A stretch of 58,046 bases of DNA from Octopus bimaculoides. Taxonomy: Eukaryota. The position numbers and the translations under genes were made by a program. Positions within the stretch are counted from its first letter, which is position 1, and every line of letters begins with the position of its first letter. Below, piece by piece: positions 1 through 12,300 of this stretch. The notes below the pieces were generated by a model. The model saw only the letters and a list, made by a program, of their open reading frames with translations, was not told the DNA's origin and did no database searches. The stretch is taken from NCBI RefSeq assembly GCF_001194135.2, contig NC_068985.1, positions 36,582,305-36,640,350 of the forward strand. Direction: 5' to 3'.

Positions 1-450
1 AATATGCTGTGCGTGAGAAGTCCCGGCAAGCCAAGTGAGACCTAAATCTATGGCCTCAGTCAGTCCACTTATGCGTACCTTCCTTCATTGGACACCAAAC
101 TCCACTTGCGAAGACCTGTTGAGACAAGTGAAATCGAAATCAAGTTAAATTGGACACTAAACTCTACTTGCGAAGGCCTGTTGAGGCAAGTGAAATCGAA
201 ATCGACTTAAATTGGACACTAAACTCCACTTGCAAAGACCTGTGGAGGCAAGTGAAATCGAAATCAAGTTAAATTGGAAACTAAACCCCACTTGCGAAGA
301 CCTGTTGAGGCAAGTGAAATAGAAATTCGAGTTAAGTTGGACACTAAACTCCACTTGCGAAGACCTGTTGAGGCAAGTGAAATCGAAATCGAGTTAAGTT
401 AAATTCGACGACTGGCACCCATGCCAACGCCGTCTCCTTCATTGGACACG
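1..450 (+). mobile_element. 3' end/3' UTR of an RTE LINE copy
   Basis: Similar to 54650..54790 (gagaagacccg.caagccaagtgagacc...cattgga...gaagacct.ttgaggcaagtgaaatc). Confidence 0.8.
87..400 (+). repeat. Tandem array, five copies of a 62-63 bp unit inside the LINE 3' UTR
   Basis: Unit attggacactaaactccacttgcgaagacctgttgaggcaagtgaaatcgaaatcaagttaa starts at 87, 149, 211, 273 and 336. Confidence 0.92.
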
Positions 451-520
451 AAAGTGTCTTATGCTATAGCTCCAGGTTGACCAATGCCTTGTGAGTGAAT
501 TTGGTGAACAGAAACTGGAA

Positions 521-762
521 GTGTATGTGTGTGTGTGTGTGTGTGTGTGTATGTATATATGTGTGTGTGTATATGTATATATGTGTGTGTGTGTGTATGT
601 GTGTGTGTATGTATATATGTGTGTGTGTGTATATATATGTGTGTGTGTATATATATGTGTGTGTGTGTGTGTATATATATATGTGTGTGTGTGTGTGTAT
701 GTATATATATATGTGTGTGTGTGTGTGTGTATGTATATATATATGTGTGTGTGTGTGTGTGT
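521..762. repeat. Compound (TG)n/(TA)n microsatellite
   Basis: Direct inspection. Confidence 0.95.
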
Positions 763-1092
763 TTACATCTGCAATCACTTGTACAAAAGTGCAATGGGTA
801 GTGGTGTCAGTTTTCTTGTAAACAAATCTTCTGAGCACTTTTTGCCTTCAAAGCAATGTGAAATAAGTGATCCCTTACTTGAAAAACAAGTAAGAATTAG
901 TCTCAGAAAGGGTATCTGACTGTAAAGCAATGCCTCGGATAGCATATTCATCCAGCTCTTGCAAGTATGGAAAAATGAAGGGTTTAGTTAATTAAATCAC
1001 TGCATACTTCTCCTTTTGACGAACAGCTAAGTTACGGAGACATATACAAACCCACATTGTTGAGACAACCATGAATGCATGTATACACACAT

Positions 1093-1192
<100 letters not shown>

Positions 1193-2334
1193 TGTGCACC
1201 ATTCCTTAAATCACGTACACACTCATATAAATATTGTGTCTCAATGTTTGTCCTTAAGGCTGCAAGGAACATAAACCTTGATGTCCTTACTGTCTACAGT
1301 GCTGTGTGATTGGTGTGTAGTAATCTCAGATGGCTTGTTTATAAGTTGAGCTGAAATGACAGGGTAAATGTATGTATGTCAGGGTCACAATGCAGTGTGG
1401 TGACAGGAGACCAACCTTTTAATTTGTCACTCATCAGGTTAATGGTGTAACAAATCATCAAGCAGAAACTTTTCATTTCAAAGTAGAAATATTTTCGTTA
1501 GTGACATGTGTTGTTTACTTAATGCTGCTAATAAACTGGAGAAATATTTTATCTCTCTGTGAGAGATTAGTGGTATTTACATTGTACTGCTTGATAAATC
1601 ATGTTTGCTTGCTTTATGGGTGTGAGTTCTTACAAATGAAAAATCAATCCATTTATTTGATTAAACATATTAACAATTGAGCTGTCATTGCTAACAGTAG
1701 CTTTGAAAATTTAAAATAGAACATTCACCCAAAAAGCATTTGGACATTAGAAGATATTCACTAATATGTGCTGAAGAGGTGGGTATGTCAAAAGGTTGAG
1801 CAAATGGTAGTGTGCTAAGAGTTGCTTGTTTTTAGTATTAAGTTAGTCCTCGTCATGGATGTTTCAGTCATGATCTTCCTATCTTTTTCTCTGGCTAATA
1901 ATAATCCAGTCTGTCCCTTTTTCTTTTTAGCTCTATTTCCATTAGATTGAATAGCCATGCAGAGGTTCTCTCAGTAAAAGGTATCTGTGTAAGGGGAAAG
2001 ACCACAGATTTAGTGGTGTGAGATATTATTAAGATATTGGATTTCTTTAAGCAAGATGACACGACTGACAGGAGCGCTTATATGCCATACTGCAGATCCA
2101 TCCAACCTATTCTAGCATGGAAAAACAAATGTTCAAATTGTGGTGATGATATAAAAAAACCCAAAAAAACAATGAGCTTGGAATTAAGCTAGTGCCAACA
2201 GGTTTAGTACTAAACAAAAATTATGGTGCCATCGTCGACCACGTCAGCAATTTTGATTTTGATTTCACTTGCCTCAATAGGTCTTCACAAGCAAGGTTTA
2301 TTGTACAATGAATGAGGGGTATTCATAAATGGGC

Positions 2335-2500
2335 TGGTTACACCCACTGGCATAGACCATAAGCTATGGTCTCACTTAGCTTATCGGGTTTTCTCAGGCA
2401 CAGCATATCTCCAAAGGCCCTAGTCACTACTAGTCATTGCCTTGGTAAGGCCCAATGTTCGAAGGTTGTGCTTCACCACCTCATTGCAAGTTTTCCTGGG
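2335..2500 (-). mobile_element. Short RTE LINE fragment (ORF C-terminus)
   Basis: Reverse complement encodes CGRCRPRKTCNEVVKHNLRTLGLTKAMTS, matching 54545..54680. Confidence 0.8.
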
Positions 2501-2518
2501 TCTACATCTTCCACAGGT

Positions 2519-2756
2519 TATATATATATATATATATATATATATATNNNNNNNNNNNNNNNNNNNNNNNNNNNNNNNNNNNNNNNNNNNNNNNNNNNNN
2601 NNNNNNNNNNNNNNNNNNNNNNNNNNNNNNNNNNNNNNNNNNNNNNNNNNNNNNNNNNNNNNNNNNNNNNNNNNNNNNNNNNNNNNNNNNNNNNNNNNNN
2701 NNNNNNNNNNNNNNNNNNNNNNNNNNNNNNNNNNNNNNNNNNNNNNNNNNNNNNNN

Positions 2757-2808
<52 letters not shown>

Positions 2809-2918
2809 CATAGATACATATATGTATATATATATATATATGTATGTATATATGTGTACACAAACACACATAAATACATACACATATAGACATACACATG
2901 CGCACACACATATACATA

Positions 2919-2960
<42 letters not shown>
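2519..2960. repeat. (TA)n/(TG)n/(CA)n microsatellites around N-gap 2548..2756
   Basis: Direct inspection. Confidence 0.9.
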
Positions 2961-2961
<1 letters not shown>

Positions 2962-3743
2962 TTGTGTATTTGTCTTTGTATTTGTCCTAAACCACCACTT
3001 GACAATTATTGTTGGTTTGCTTATGTCCCCATAACTTAGCATTTCAGCATAAGAGACCAATAGAATAAGTACCAGGCTTAACAAAGATAAGTAATGGGAT
3101 TGATTCATTCGACTTAGAAAAAAAAAAAAAACCCATTCAAGGTAGTGCTCCAGCATGGCCATTACCCAACGACTGAAATAAGTTAAAGATAAATTGACAA
3201 ATATCCTGCAAGTAAAACAGAACAATGTTAGAAACTATGGCTCTAAATCCTGAGAGAAAAGATTGTATCAGACCTTCAATGAGCTTCACTCATACTTTGT
3301 ACCTTTCCTCATGATTCAGACGTCTACCATTCTTTTGTTGGTAAACACTTCCTTTATTGTTTATATTCCAATTAAGGTCCCAGTAACTTATAATCATCAT
3401 CATCGTCATCAATTAATATTCACTTTTCCATGCTTCTAAGGGCTAGACAATCTGTTGAGGCGGATTTTCTATATCTGATGCTCTTCCTGTTGCCAATCCT
3501 CACCTATTTCTGAGCAAGCTAATATTTCCCTTTAGCCAGATATGTTTTCCATGGAAGACTAAAAGCGAACATCACTTTTATGATGGTGATTCTCATTTAG
3601 AACTATGTGAATGTGTATGCACATGTTCGTTAACATTTCTTAGATTGATGAAATCTATGAAATATGTTATCCTTTATTTGGAGAAGGAAATAAGGGCTTT
3701 TGCCAGAAGGGGCAAGCATGGAAAAATGAACTGATACAAAAGA

Positions 3744-3845
3744 ACTATCTATCTATCTATCTATCTATCTACTTATCTACCTATCTATCTATCTATCTAT
3801 CCATCCATCCATCTATCTATCTATCTACAGAGAGAGAGAGAGAGG
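3744..3845. repeat. (TATC)n/(CATC)n/(GA)n microsatellite
   Basis: Direct inspection. Confidence 0.9.
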
Positions 3846-4614
3846 TATATAGATAGATATATATGTTATGTGAATGATGTTTTGTAAACAAAAGAGTTTA
3901 ATATTTAATTTCATATAAATATTTATATATGTATGTGTGAAACTACAGTTCACCTGTCACTCAACTCACTCCAACTGTCACTCATATCAATCTGTTTATT
4001 GTTTTAGTCTTCTACCAGCGTGACTGATGAGACACATTGTGTTTTATTATATGTGACATACACATATGCACACAGTGGGCTTCTTTCAGTTTCTATCAGC
4101 CAAATCCACTTACAAGGCTTTGGCTGATACTGGCTCACAGTAGAAGACACTTGCCCAAGGTGATGTCCTGTGAGACTGAACTTGAAACCACATGGCTGGG
4201 AAGCAAATTTCATACTGATTTGAATTAATTTTTTTATAATTGAATAGATTCTTATTTACATGAAAGGTAGAAGTGTTGGATGTTATTCCAATCTCTATTT
4301 GTTTTATGAGTTTTGTAACATATTACAAATAAATTGGTTAATGAGCTTTAGAAACCTCATCTATCATGATTGCCTGTTTCTGTTTTGTGATGACAATTTC
4401 TATCATCAAACTAAAAATTAGCTCCTTTAACATGTCATCCAATATATTTTCCTTTTCAGCCAACACATTTAGACATTTTATTTCTTTTTCTTTTTTTTTT
4501 CATTCTTTTACTTGTTTCATTTGACTGTGGCCATGCTGGAGCACTACCATTTTAGTCGAAAAAATCGACCTCGGAACTTATTTTTTTATGTCTAGCACTT
4601 ACTCTATTAGTCTC

Positions 4615-5385
4615 AGTTCTTCTCTAGTTCTGGTAGTGATTCAGCTATATGAGCAAGGTCATCAGCATAGAGGCTGCCCTGGGAGCTCCTCTCTTAAATT
4701 TCTTTATTGCCTAGAGGATTATGATAAACAAGAGCACCGATCCTTGGTGGACCCCTACTTGTACCCTGAATTGTTTGCTGTACTCATTGCCCCCTCACCT
4801 TACTGGTAGCGTCCCTGTACAGCTTTCACCAATTACTTGTCTATCCCTAGTTTCCATATTGTCTACCAGATAAGGGATCAGGAGACCCTGTCAAAAGCTT
4901 TCTCCAAGTCAACAAAAGCCAAGTATAGAGATTCATCTTTGGCTAGATATTTCTCCTGCAGTTGCCTTACCAGAAATATAGCATCAGTGGTGCTTCTACC
5001 TGATACAAAACCAAACTGCATCTCATCTAGACTAACTCTCTCCCTAATTAGTTGGGCTATGACTCTCTCTAACTCTTATCACCTGATTCAATAATTTGAT
5101 ACCTCTAATTATTTCTATCCAAGCCATCACCTACCTTGGTGCTGTTATACCTGTCATTGGGTATGACTCCTTCGTGAACCACCTGATTTACAATATGGGT
5201 GACTGGACCGTAATCCACACCACCAGATATTTTATGCATCTCAGCAGCGATTCCTGATGGGCCGGGGGTTTTCCCTGTCTTCATATCCTTTGCTTTATCT
5301 ACCAGAGTAGTGTTGATTTGGGTAGTTGGTCCCTCAATTGGATCAATAGACTCCCCTCCTCCCATTCATTCTCCATGTTCAATAT
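4615..5385 (-). mobile_element. Decayed fragment of the same RTE LINE family (RT region)
   Basis: ORF 5105..5365 (KTGKTPGPSGIAAEM...NQVVHEGVIPND) aligns to 52950..53200; continues to an LYADDL motif near 4660. Confidence 0.9.
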
Positions 5386-6067
5386 ATATGCACATGTGCA
5401 TGTGTGTGTATATGCATATATATATATATATATATAAATAAATAGCTATGGTATATTCTGTTAAGAACGTAGTAGAATACAGTATAAAGCTCGCCCACCT
5501 TCAGATTTACCTTGTGCTATCCAGTAGTATTATATGTACTTCCAGGTTTGCATTTGGGAATCTGTCATGTGTGAACAGATAATTGAAAAAAATTGGAGTC
5601 ACTACAATAGTTTCCATGCAATGAAATTCTCCAGGTGTGTAGGTACTTGATGATGCAACTGTTTCCACTGTCTTATGAGATCTGGTTGTATTTCCTTAGG
5701 CGATATGTAAATATTGTCTCTGTAAGTTTAAAATCCTCAGCTTCAAGAATATAAGTAGATAAGGATAAAATATCCAAGCAGGTACCATATGAGCACTTAG
5801 TTATCATCCTGGCTCAGGCTAACTGCATAGAGTTGTAAGGAGCACCTAGAGTTACTTGGGGTTAGTAATCCCACTGTAATTCATCCAATATGTAAATCTT
5901 GTGTTTGCTTCTTTGGATGAAGAGTATTTTATTCAATATATATACAAAACAATTACAATGAATATGGAGATTAATATATTTGCATATTTTTTATTTCAAA
6001 ATTGACTGTAGAAATAAAAAAAAAAAATGCAGATGCATTAATCTCCATGTTCATTGTAATTGTCATA

Positions 6068-6120
<53 letters not shown>

Positions 6121-9100
6121 NNNNNNNNNNNNNNNNNNNNNNNNNNNNNNNNNNNNNNNNNNNNNNNNNNNNNNNNNNNNNNNNNNNNNNNNNNNNNNNN
6201 NNNNNNNNNNNNNNNNNNNNNNNNNNNNNNNNNNNNNNNNNNNNNNNNNNNNNNNNNNNNNNNNNNNNNNNNNNNNNNNNNNNNNNNNNNNNNNNNNNNN
6301 NNNNNNNNNNNNNNNNNNNNNNNNNNNNNNNNNNNNNNNNNNNNNNNNNNNNNNNNNNNNNNNNNNNNNNNNNNNNNNNNNNNNNNNNNNNNNNNNNNNN
6401 NNNNNNNAGCTACTTCATAAATTCTTATAAAAGAATTCATCCTAATATTGAAGTGTATATATATATATATATATATTCATTCCAAGTTGAGGGATAAGAA
6501 AGAATCTTATATCCTAATTCTTTATTTTCCAGTCACTTTCTAATCACTGAGAGGTAATATTTATACCCTCTTAAACGTGGATGCGTTGTTAGAACAGACT
6601 ATACTGCAGTAAATATCATAAGAGAAACTCTTGTATTGGCTTTTGTGCAAAATTCATTCTTGTTTATTTCACCTGTCACCATTTTCATTTATTCCTGACT
6701 GCTCATATTTCTATAATGTTGTTGGTATTCACATCATGTTTTTTTCAGACATAAAATTTTGTTGACCTCTCTCACAGATTATAAGCAAGGTCATACCATT
6801 TTATCTAACCATGCATGTCTTAGGTAGATGTAGGTTTATAGTGGTGATAGAATAACTTTTTTTGCAAAGCAATGTTTTGTGCTGTTTAATTTCTGTTTAT
6901 TATCAGCAGATATATTTATCATGTTTATGTTGATGTGCTAAGAGATTGTCTTAGTAACTCGCATATTATATACTGTGTGAAGTATTGTTTTGGGAATTGA
7001 ATTTCAGTTCTAGGAATGGCAAATACATAAACGTATCAAGTACATTAACATGGCAGATGCATAAACTTGCTAATGAGTGCATAAACATGGTAGTGAGCAC
7101 ATAAATAGGGTGGCAGACACATAATCACTGTGAAACCATAATCATGGTGTATACATAAACACAACAAACCTCAAGTCATTGAGGAAGCCTCTATGTGGTT
7201 GCTCAGCCTACAAGAATAGCAGCAAAATCCTTTTCAAATCACAGCTTAGTTTTCTCTATGCCATGAGGTTACATCACAATCTCTCCATCCAGCCCCGTTT
7301 TCTGCCACTGTCCTGATCTCATTCCAGCTTCTCCACCTTTCTCATCTTTCCTTGTCAATGATCCTTTACTATGTGGTTTTAGGGTGCCCTGCTGCTCTTT
7401 TCTCCTCAGTCTTCCACTTTAGTGCCACCATGCAATCACTTTCTTCATCTTGTCTGAAGATGTCTGATCTATTTCTAGCATTTGCATACTTACCATCTAA
7501 AAAAATAGACATTATAGTCCTAGACATACTATGGGTAACAAGATACACTTCTGAAGAAAATCAAAAGACCGCATGATTACTGTAATCATACGTTTGATCA
7601 TGGATTTACTCAATCAGGGTTGGCCCATGGTTAAACAACAATATCTAAAATGTGATAGCTGGGGATGAATGGTACTAAAACTACTGGAATCACAGTATTA
7701 TAGAAAATAGAGAAAATTAAGTTAACAGATTATAAAGGTATTCTATCAGTACTTTATTGTTGTTAGGTAACTAATTTTTAAACTTCACCTGTGGTCAAAT
7801 CTTCTAATCTAAAAGCATAACAAATTCCTTGGTTCCCTTAATAACACTCTCCTGGTAAATAATATCAGCTGAACATGGGTATGTGTTTTTTTAAAGAGAC
7901 AAAGTGAATAAATAATCTAGAACTAATATATTATGATGAGAAAGCTAATCTAAAATGTATCTGAATAATAACATAGCATATTTTCCAGCATACAAACTAA
8001 CATGGCATAAGGTGTAAACATTCAAATATCATTATTTCCAAATCCTGCTGTAGTTTTAGACAGAATTTTTTGTCCCTCAATGTCATCTTGGTGCATAAGT
8101 CATCCCTATATTTTCTTGTCCTAAAAACTTGACTTGTATGCTGGAAAATATTGTATTTGAGTGGTTTATGAGCAGGCTTTTAGGCCACAGCTGGCCACTG
8201 TTTTGTGTTAGTGTCATGGTTGTGTATAAAGAATTTTAGTTCATTTCACACCTATGTGGTTCTATGTTTGATTCCACCGTGTGATATTTTTAGAATCTTA
8301 AAATATAGCTTCATGCTCATCAATACCTTGTCAGTATAATTTCATAAATCAAAACTCTGTGGAAATTTGTGTGTGTGTGTGTGTGTGTGTGTACTTTTTG
8401 CTACTGCATATTGGTGAAAGTTGTGAAGACCAGCAAGAAAACTGATAAAATGGTGTGTTTGAACAAAGATGATATTTGTTCTGCCTGAGTTGTACAGATG
8501 TCTCCTATTCACTGACAACATCATAAATGTAGTAAAGCAGTGATCATCTCATTGGAGACTTGTAACCAATAACACTTCTCTTCACAAAATGAAATATAAA
8601 ATAATTGGAAAAATAAAATAGCCATGTCAAACTTAACTTATATATACCATTGTGAAGCAAGATACTGTTGTTTTCAGCCAAGATAAAATCTCTTATAGAC
8701 ATGCTATATCAAAAATACAATATATGTATTGGAGAAAGACCAAAAAAAAAAAAAAAAAAAAAACCATCTTGGCAGTGGCTTATGAGGACACCAGATGCAT
8801 TTCAGCCTTCTTAGGCCTTGGTGTGTACTTGCAGTCATGCCGAGACAAAACTTGTTGCCTCTGATATGTAGAAAACAGGGAATAATACACATATATTTTA
8901 TTCAGCCTGCGGCTATTCACAATGTCAGTGAATCTGTTATATTTTTTATTCATTTAAGGCTGCTTCAATTGCAAACACTGGATTTTTTTAGAAAAATAAG
9001 TTTTACTTGCTAGAAAGAGACAGTTGTCTTTAATGACCATATCACCATTTTGAGCATAATTCTTATGTGATTTTTTTTTTCTTTTTATATGGTTTGATAG

Positions 9101-9131
9101 CAATTAGTATAATGTTTCTCTTCTTTTTCAG

Positions 9132-9276
9132 CTGCTTGACTACCGTTCTTATACATACTCCTACATCCTTGCTGATGCTTCTAGCAAAGAAGGTGTTCTT
9201 ATTGATCCTGTTTTGGACAATGTCAACCGAGACCTTCAAATCATAAAAGACTTAGGAATTAATCTTACAATTGTTG
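9132..9276 (+). CDS. ETHE1: ETHE1 coding exon (145 nt, phase 0 to 1)
   Basis: ttctttttcag|CTGCTTGAC...ATTGTTG|gtaaga; encodes [48 protein letters not shown]. Confidence 0.93.
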
Positions 9277-9317
9277 GTAAGATGCTAAATTAATCTTACG
9301 ATTGTTGGTAAGATGCT

Positions 9318-9348
<31 letters not shown>

Positions 9349-12300
9349 CATGCGTGTTTGTTTGCGTAAATTTCTGTTGCTGTTTGGTGTCAAGAGAGTT
9401 TGTTGAATTCCTGTTATCAGCAGCTGTAAAAGAAGAATTATCTTTGAGTTATTTATTTCCAGACAAAAGGGTAATCTGTAAAGAAGCATGCAACAAAGAA
9501 TATCTTGAATCTACTTTATTATTCACTCTTCTCACACTCCACTGTTACACTAAACATTATGCCCTATTTTCACAGCACTTTTAAGTCTTCTGCTTTTTCT
9601 AAACAATCAACAAAAACAAGAGATGCCAACTACAACAATCTGTTATAACCATTCCACTCCACCATTATTCCATTATTCCAGTATAGCAAGATTTCTAGGT
9701 TAATCAAAACTAAGACTATAGCTTTTATAACAATACAGCAACAATGGGGATGCACTAGATGGTTGCTTGCCCTGTTAGACAAAGTAGCCAAATGTCCTCA
9801 AATTACACCCTGCTACCTTTAAAAACAAAATGGGCAAGAAAAGGAGTGGGGATAATGTATTTCAACGTACACTATACCTGAAAAAAAAAAGATGAGATGG
9901 TCATGGCTGGGATGCCTTTGATCATAAATCTGTTTGATCAAGATTGATTTGGAGGTTTAACCAACAACAGTTGCCATTGAATGTCACAGAGGTAATCATC
10001 CTAGCTGCTAAAAAGAATTCAAGTGTGTGTATGATGGGCTTTTTTCATGTCTACCAAATCCAAATCCACTCACAAGGCTTTGGTTGGCTTAGGGCTGTAG
10101 TTGCTCAAAGTGTCACACAATGGGACTAAAAAAGAGACCATGTGGTTGGGAACCCAACTTCTTACCACATAACCATGTCTGTGTCTGACACATGATGTAT
10201 ATTCATATTTGGAATTATGAGAAGTTAGATTTGGACTTAAATTTACTGTGTTAATGCTTTATTAAAAACAGAATCTAGTGTTTACATGATTCTTAATCAA
10301 ATTATTTTTTTTGCAGTCAACACCCATGTCCATGCTGACCACATAACTGGATCAGGCCTTCTGAAACAAAGTCTACCAAATTGCAAAAGCTATACTTCTA
10401 TCCAGTCTGGTGCAGTGGCTGATAGAAAGTTTGATCATGGCAACCATTTAACATTTGGAAAATATGCTCTTGAATGTCGTAGTACTCCTGGACACACAAA
10501 CGGTAATTGTTTTAATAGTAAGGTTTCAAGATTCTGTTGTCAGTCGTATTATCTCTTTCAGTCTGTCTCTCTGCTTCTTTCTCTCTTTGTCAGAAGTGTA
10601 CGCATATTTGCAGAAATATTTATTTTTCATTATTATCTTTTAAGAATGTTGGATTTGCAGAATTTTTAGAATGTTGGACAAAGATACCTTACAGTATCTC
10701 TTGTCTCTTTGCATTCTGAGTTCAAATCCCATTGAGGTCAACTTTGCCCAATATCCACCCTCAGGTCATAGAATACCAGTACCAATGAAGTACTAGGATC
10801 AATTTAATCTACTAACCCTTCCCCATAAAATTATCAGCCATGTGCCTAATTTAGAAACAATTATGCTTATAATTGCTAAATATCAAGTTACCTTTAATTT
10901 TCCACTATTTATTTTTGCATTTTTGGATCTCTGCTTTGTAGCTGTCTTGTGTGTGTTTGTTACTGTGTGACTTTGCATTGTTACCAAGCTTGTGGTTCAA
11001 CTTGCCAAGGTCAGTGGAAAAAAAGCAAGGGTAAAAAGTAAAGAAAAAGTAAATTTGATGTCAGGAAGGGAATTCGGTCATAGAAGTTACCTCTCACCCA
11101 TACCAGCATGGAAAAAAAAAAACATATGTAAATAAAATTATATCATCATCATCATCATCATCCTCATCATTTAATGTACATTTTCTGTGCTGGCATGGGT
11201 CGGATTGTTTCATAGGAGTTGGCCAGCTGCAGAGCTGCTCAGGCTCCGATTGTTTGTTTTGGTATGGTTTCTATGGTGGGATGCCCTTCCTAATGCCTAC
11301 CACTTTACAGAGTATAACGTGTGCTTTTTATATGGCATTGACATGGGTGTTTTATATGTAGCACTGACTGACATGGGTGCTTTATACATGGTCCTAGCAC
11401 AGGCACTTTATATGTGGCACCAGCACGGGTACTTTATATGTGGCACCAGCATGGGCACTTTATATGTGGCACTAGCATGAGCACTTTATATGTGACACCA
11501 GCGTGGGCACTTTATATGTGGCACCAGCATAGACACTTTATATGTGGCACCAGCATGGGCTTTTTATATGTGGAACCAGCATGGGCANNNNNNNNNNGCA
11601 CTTTATATGTGGCACCAGCATGGGCACTTTATATGTGGCACCAGCATGGGCACTTTATATGTGACACCAGCATGGGCATTTTATGTGACACCAGCACGGG
11701 TGCTTTTTATGTGACTCCAAAGCGGGTGCTTTTTACGTGGCACTAGCACCTGCAAGCTTGCATAGCACCAGCATTCACAAGCATAATTAGGGTGGCAAAC
11801 TGGCAGAATTATTAGAGTCTCAGACAAAATTCCTAGCATTGTTTCTTCTGACTCTTTACAGTCTGAGTTCAACTTAGCCTGTCATCCCTCCAGGGTCAAT
11901 AAAATAAAGTACCAGTCAAGTACTGGGGTTGATTAAACTGACTTGCTCCATCTCAGAATTGCGATCTCTGTGCCAGACTTCGAAAGAATTATTTTAGGCT
12001 TATCTCCCAATAACATTTTATGCAATATTGCATTTCTAAATAGCATTAACTCCTTTACATTTACATTATTCTTTCAAAAGTAATGCTTATTTATTCACAT
12101 TATTTTCAATGAATCATGCATTATCTTATAGCTATGAGATTTTAATGAGGTAACTGTTAAATTTTAGAATGATATTTTAGGGTTGGTGTGCGAGGTCAGA
12201 TCGGGCCAGTTTGAACATAAAACAGGATATGAATCGATTTAAATTCCAAAGGAGTAAACAAATACTTCCATAATATTGAACGCTTGATTTTAAATTTTAA

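Noticed and set aside
87-400. Regularly spaced ~62-bp repeats resembling a CRISPR array
   Set aside because: The units are contiguous with no unique spacers, the DNA is eukaryotic, and the array sits inside a LINE 3' UTR.
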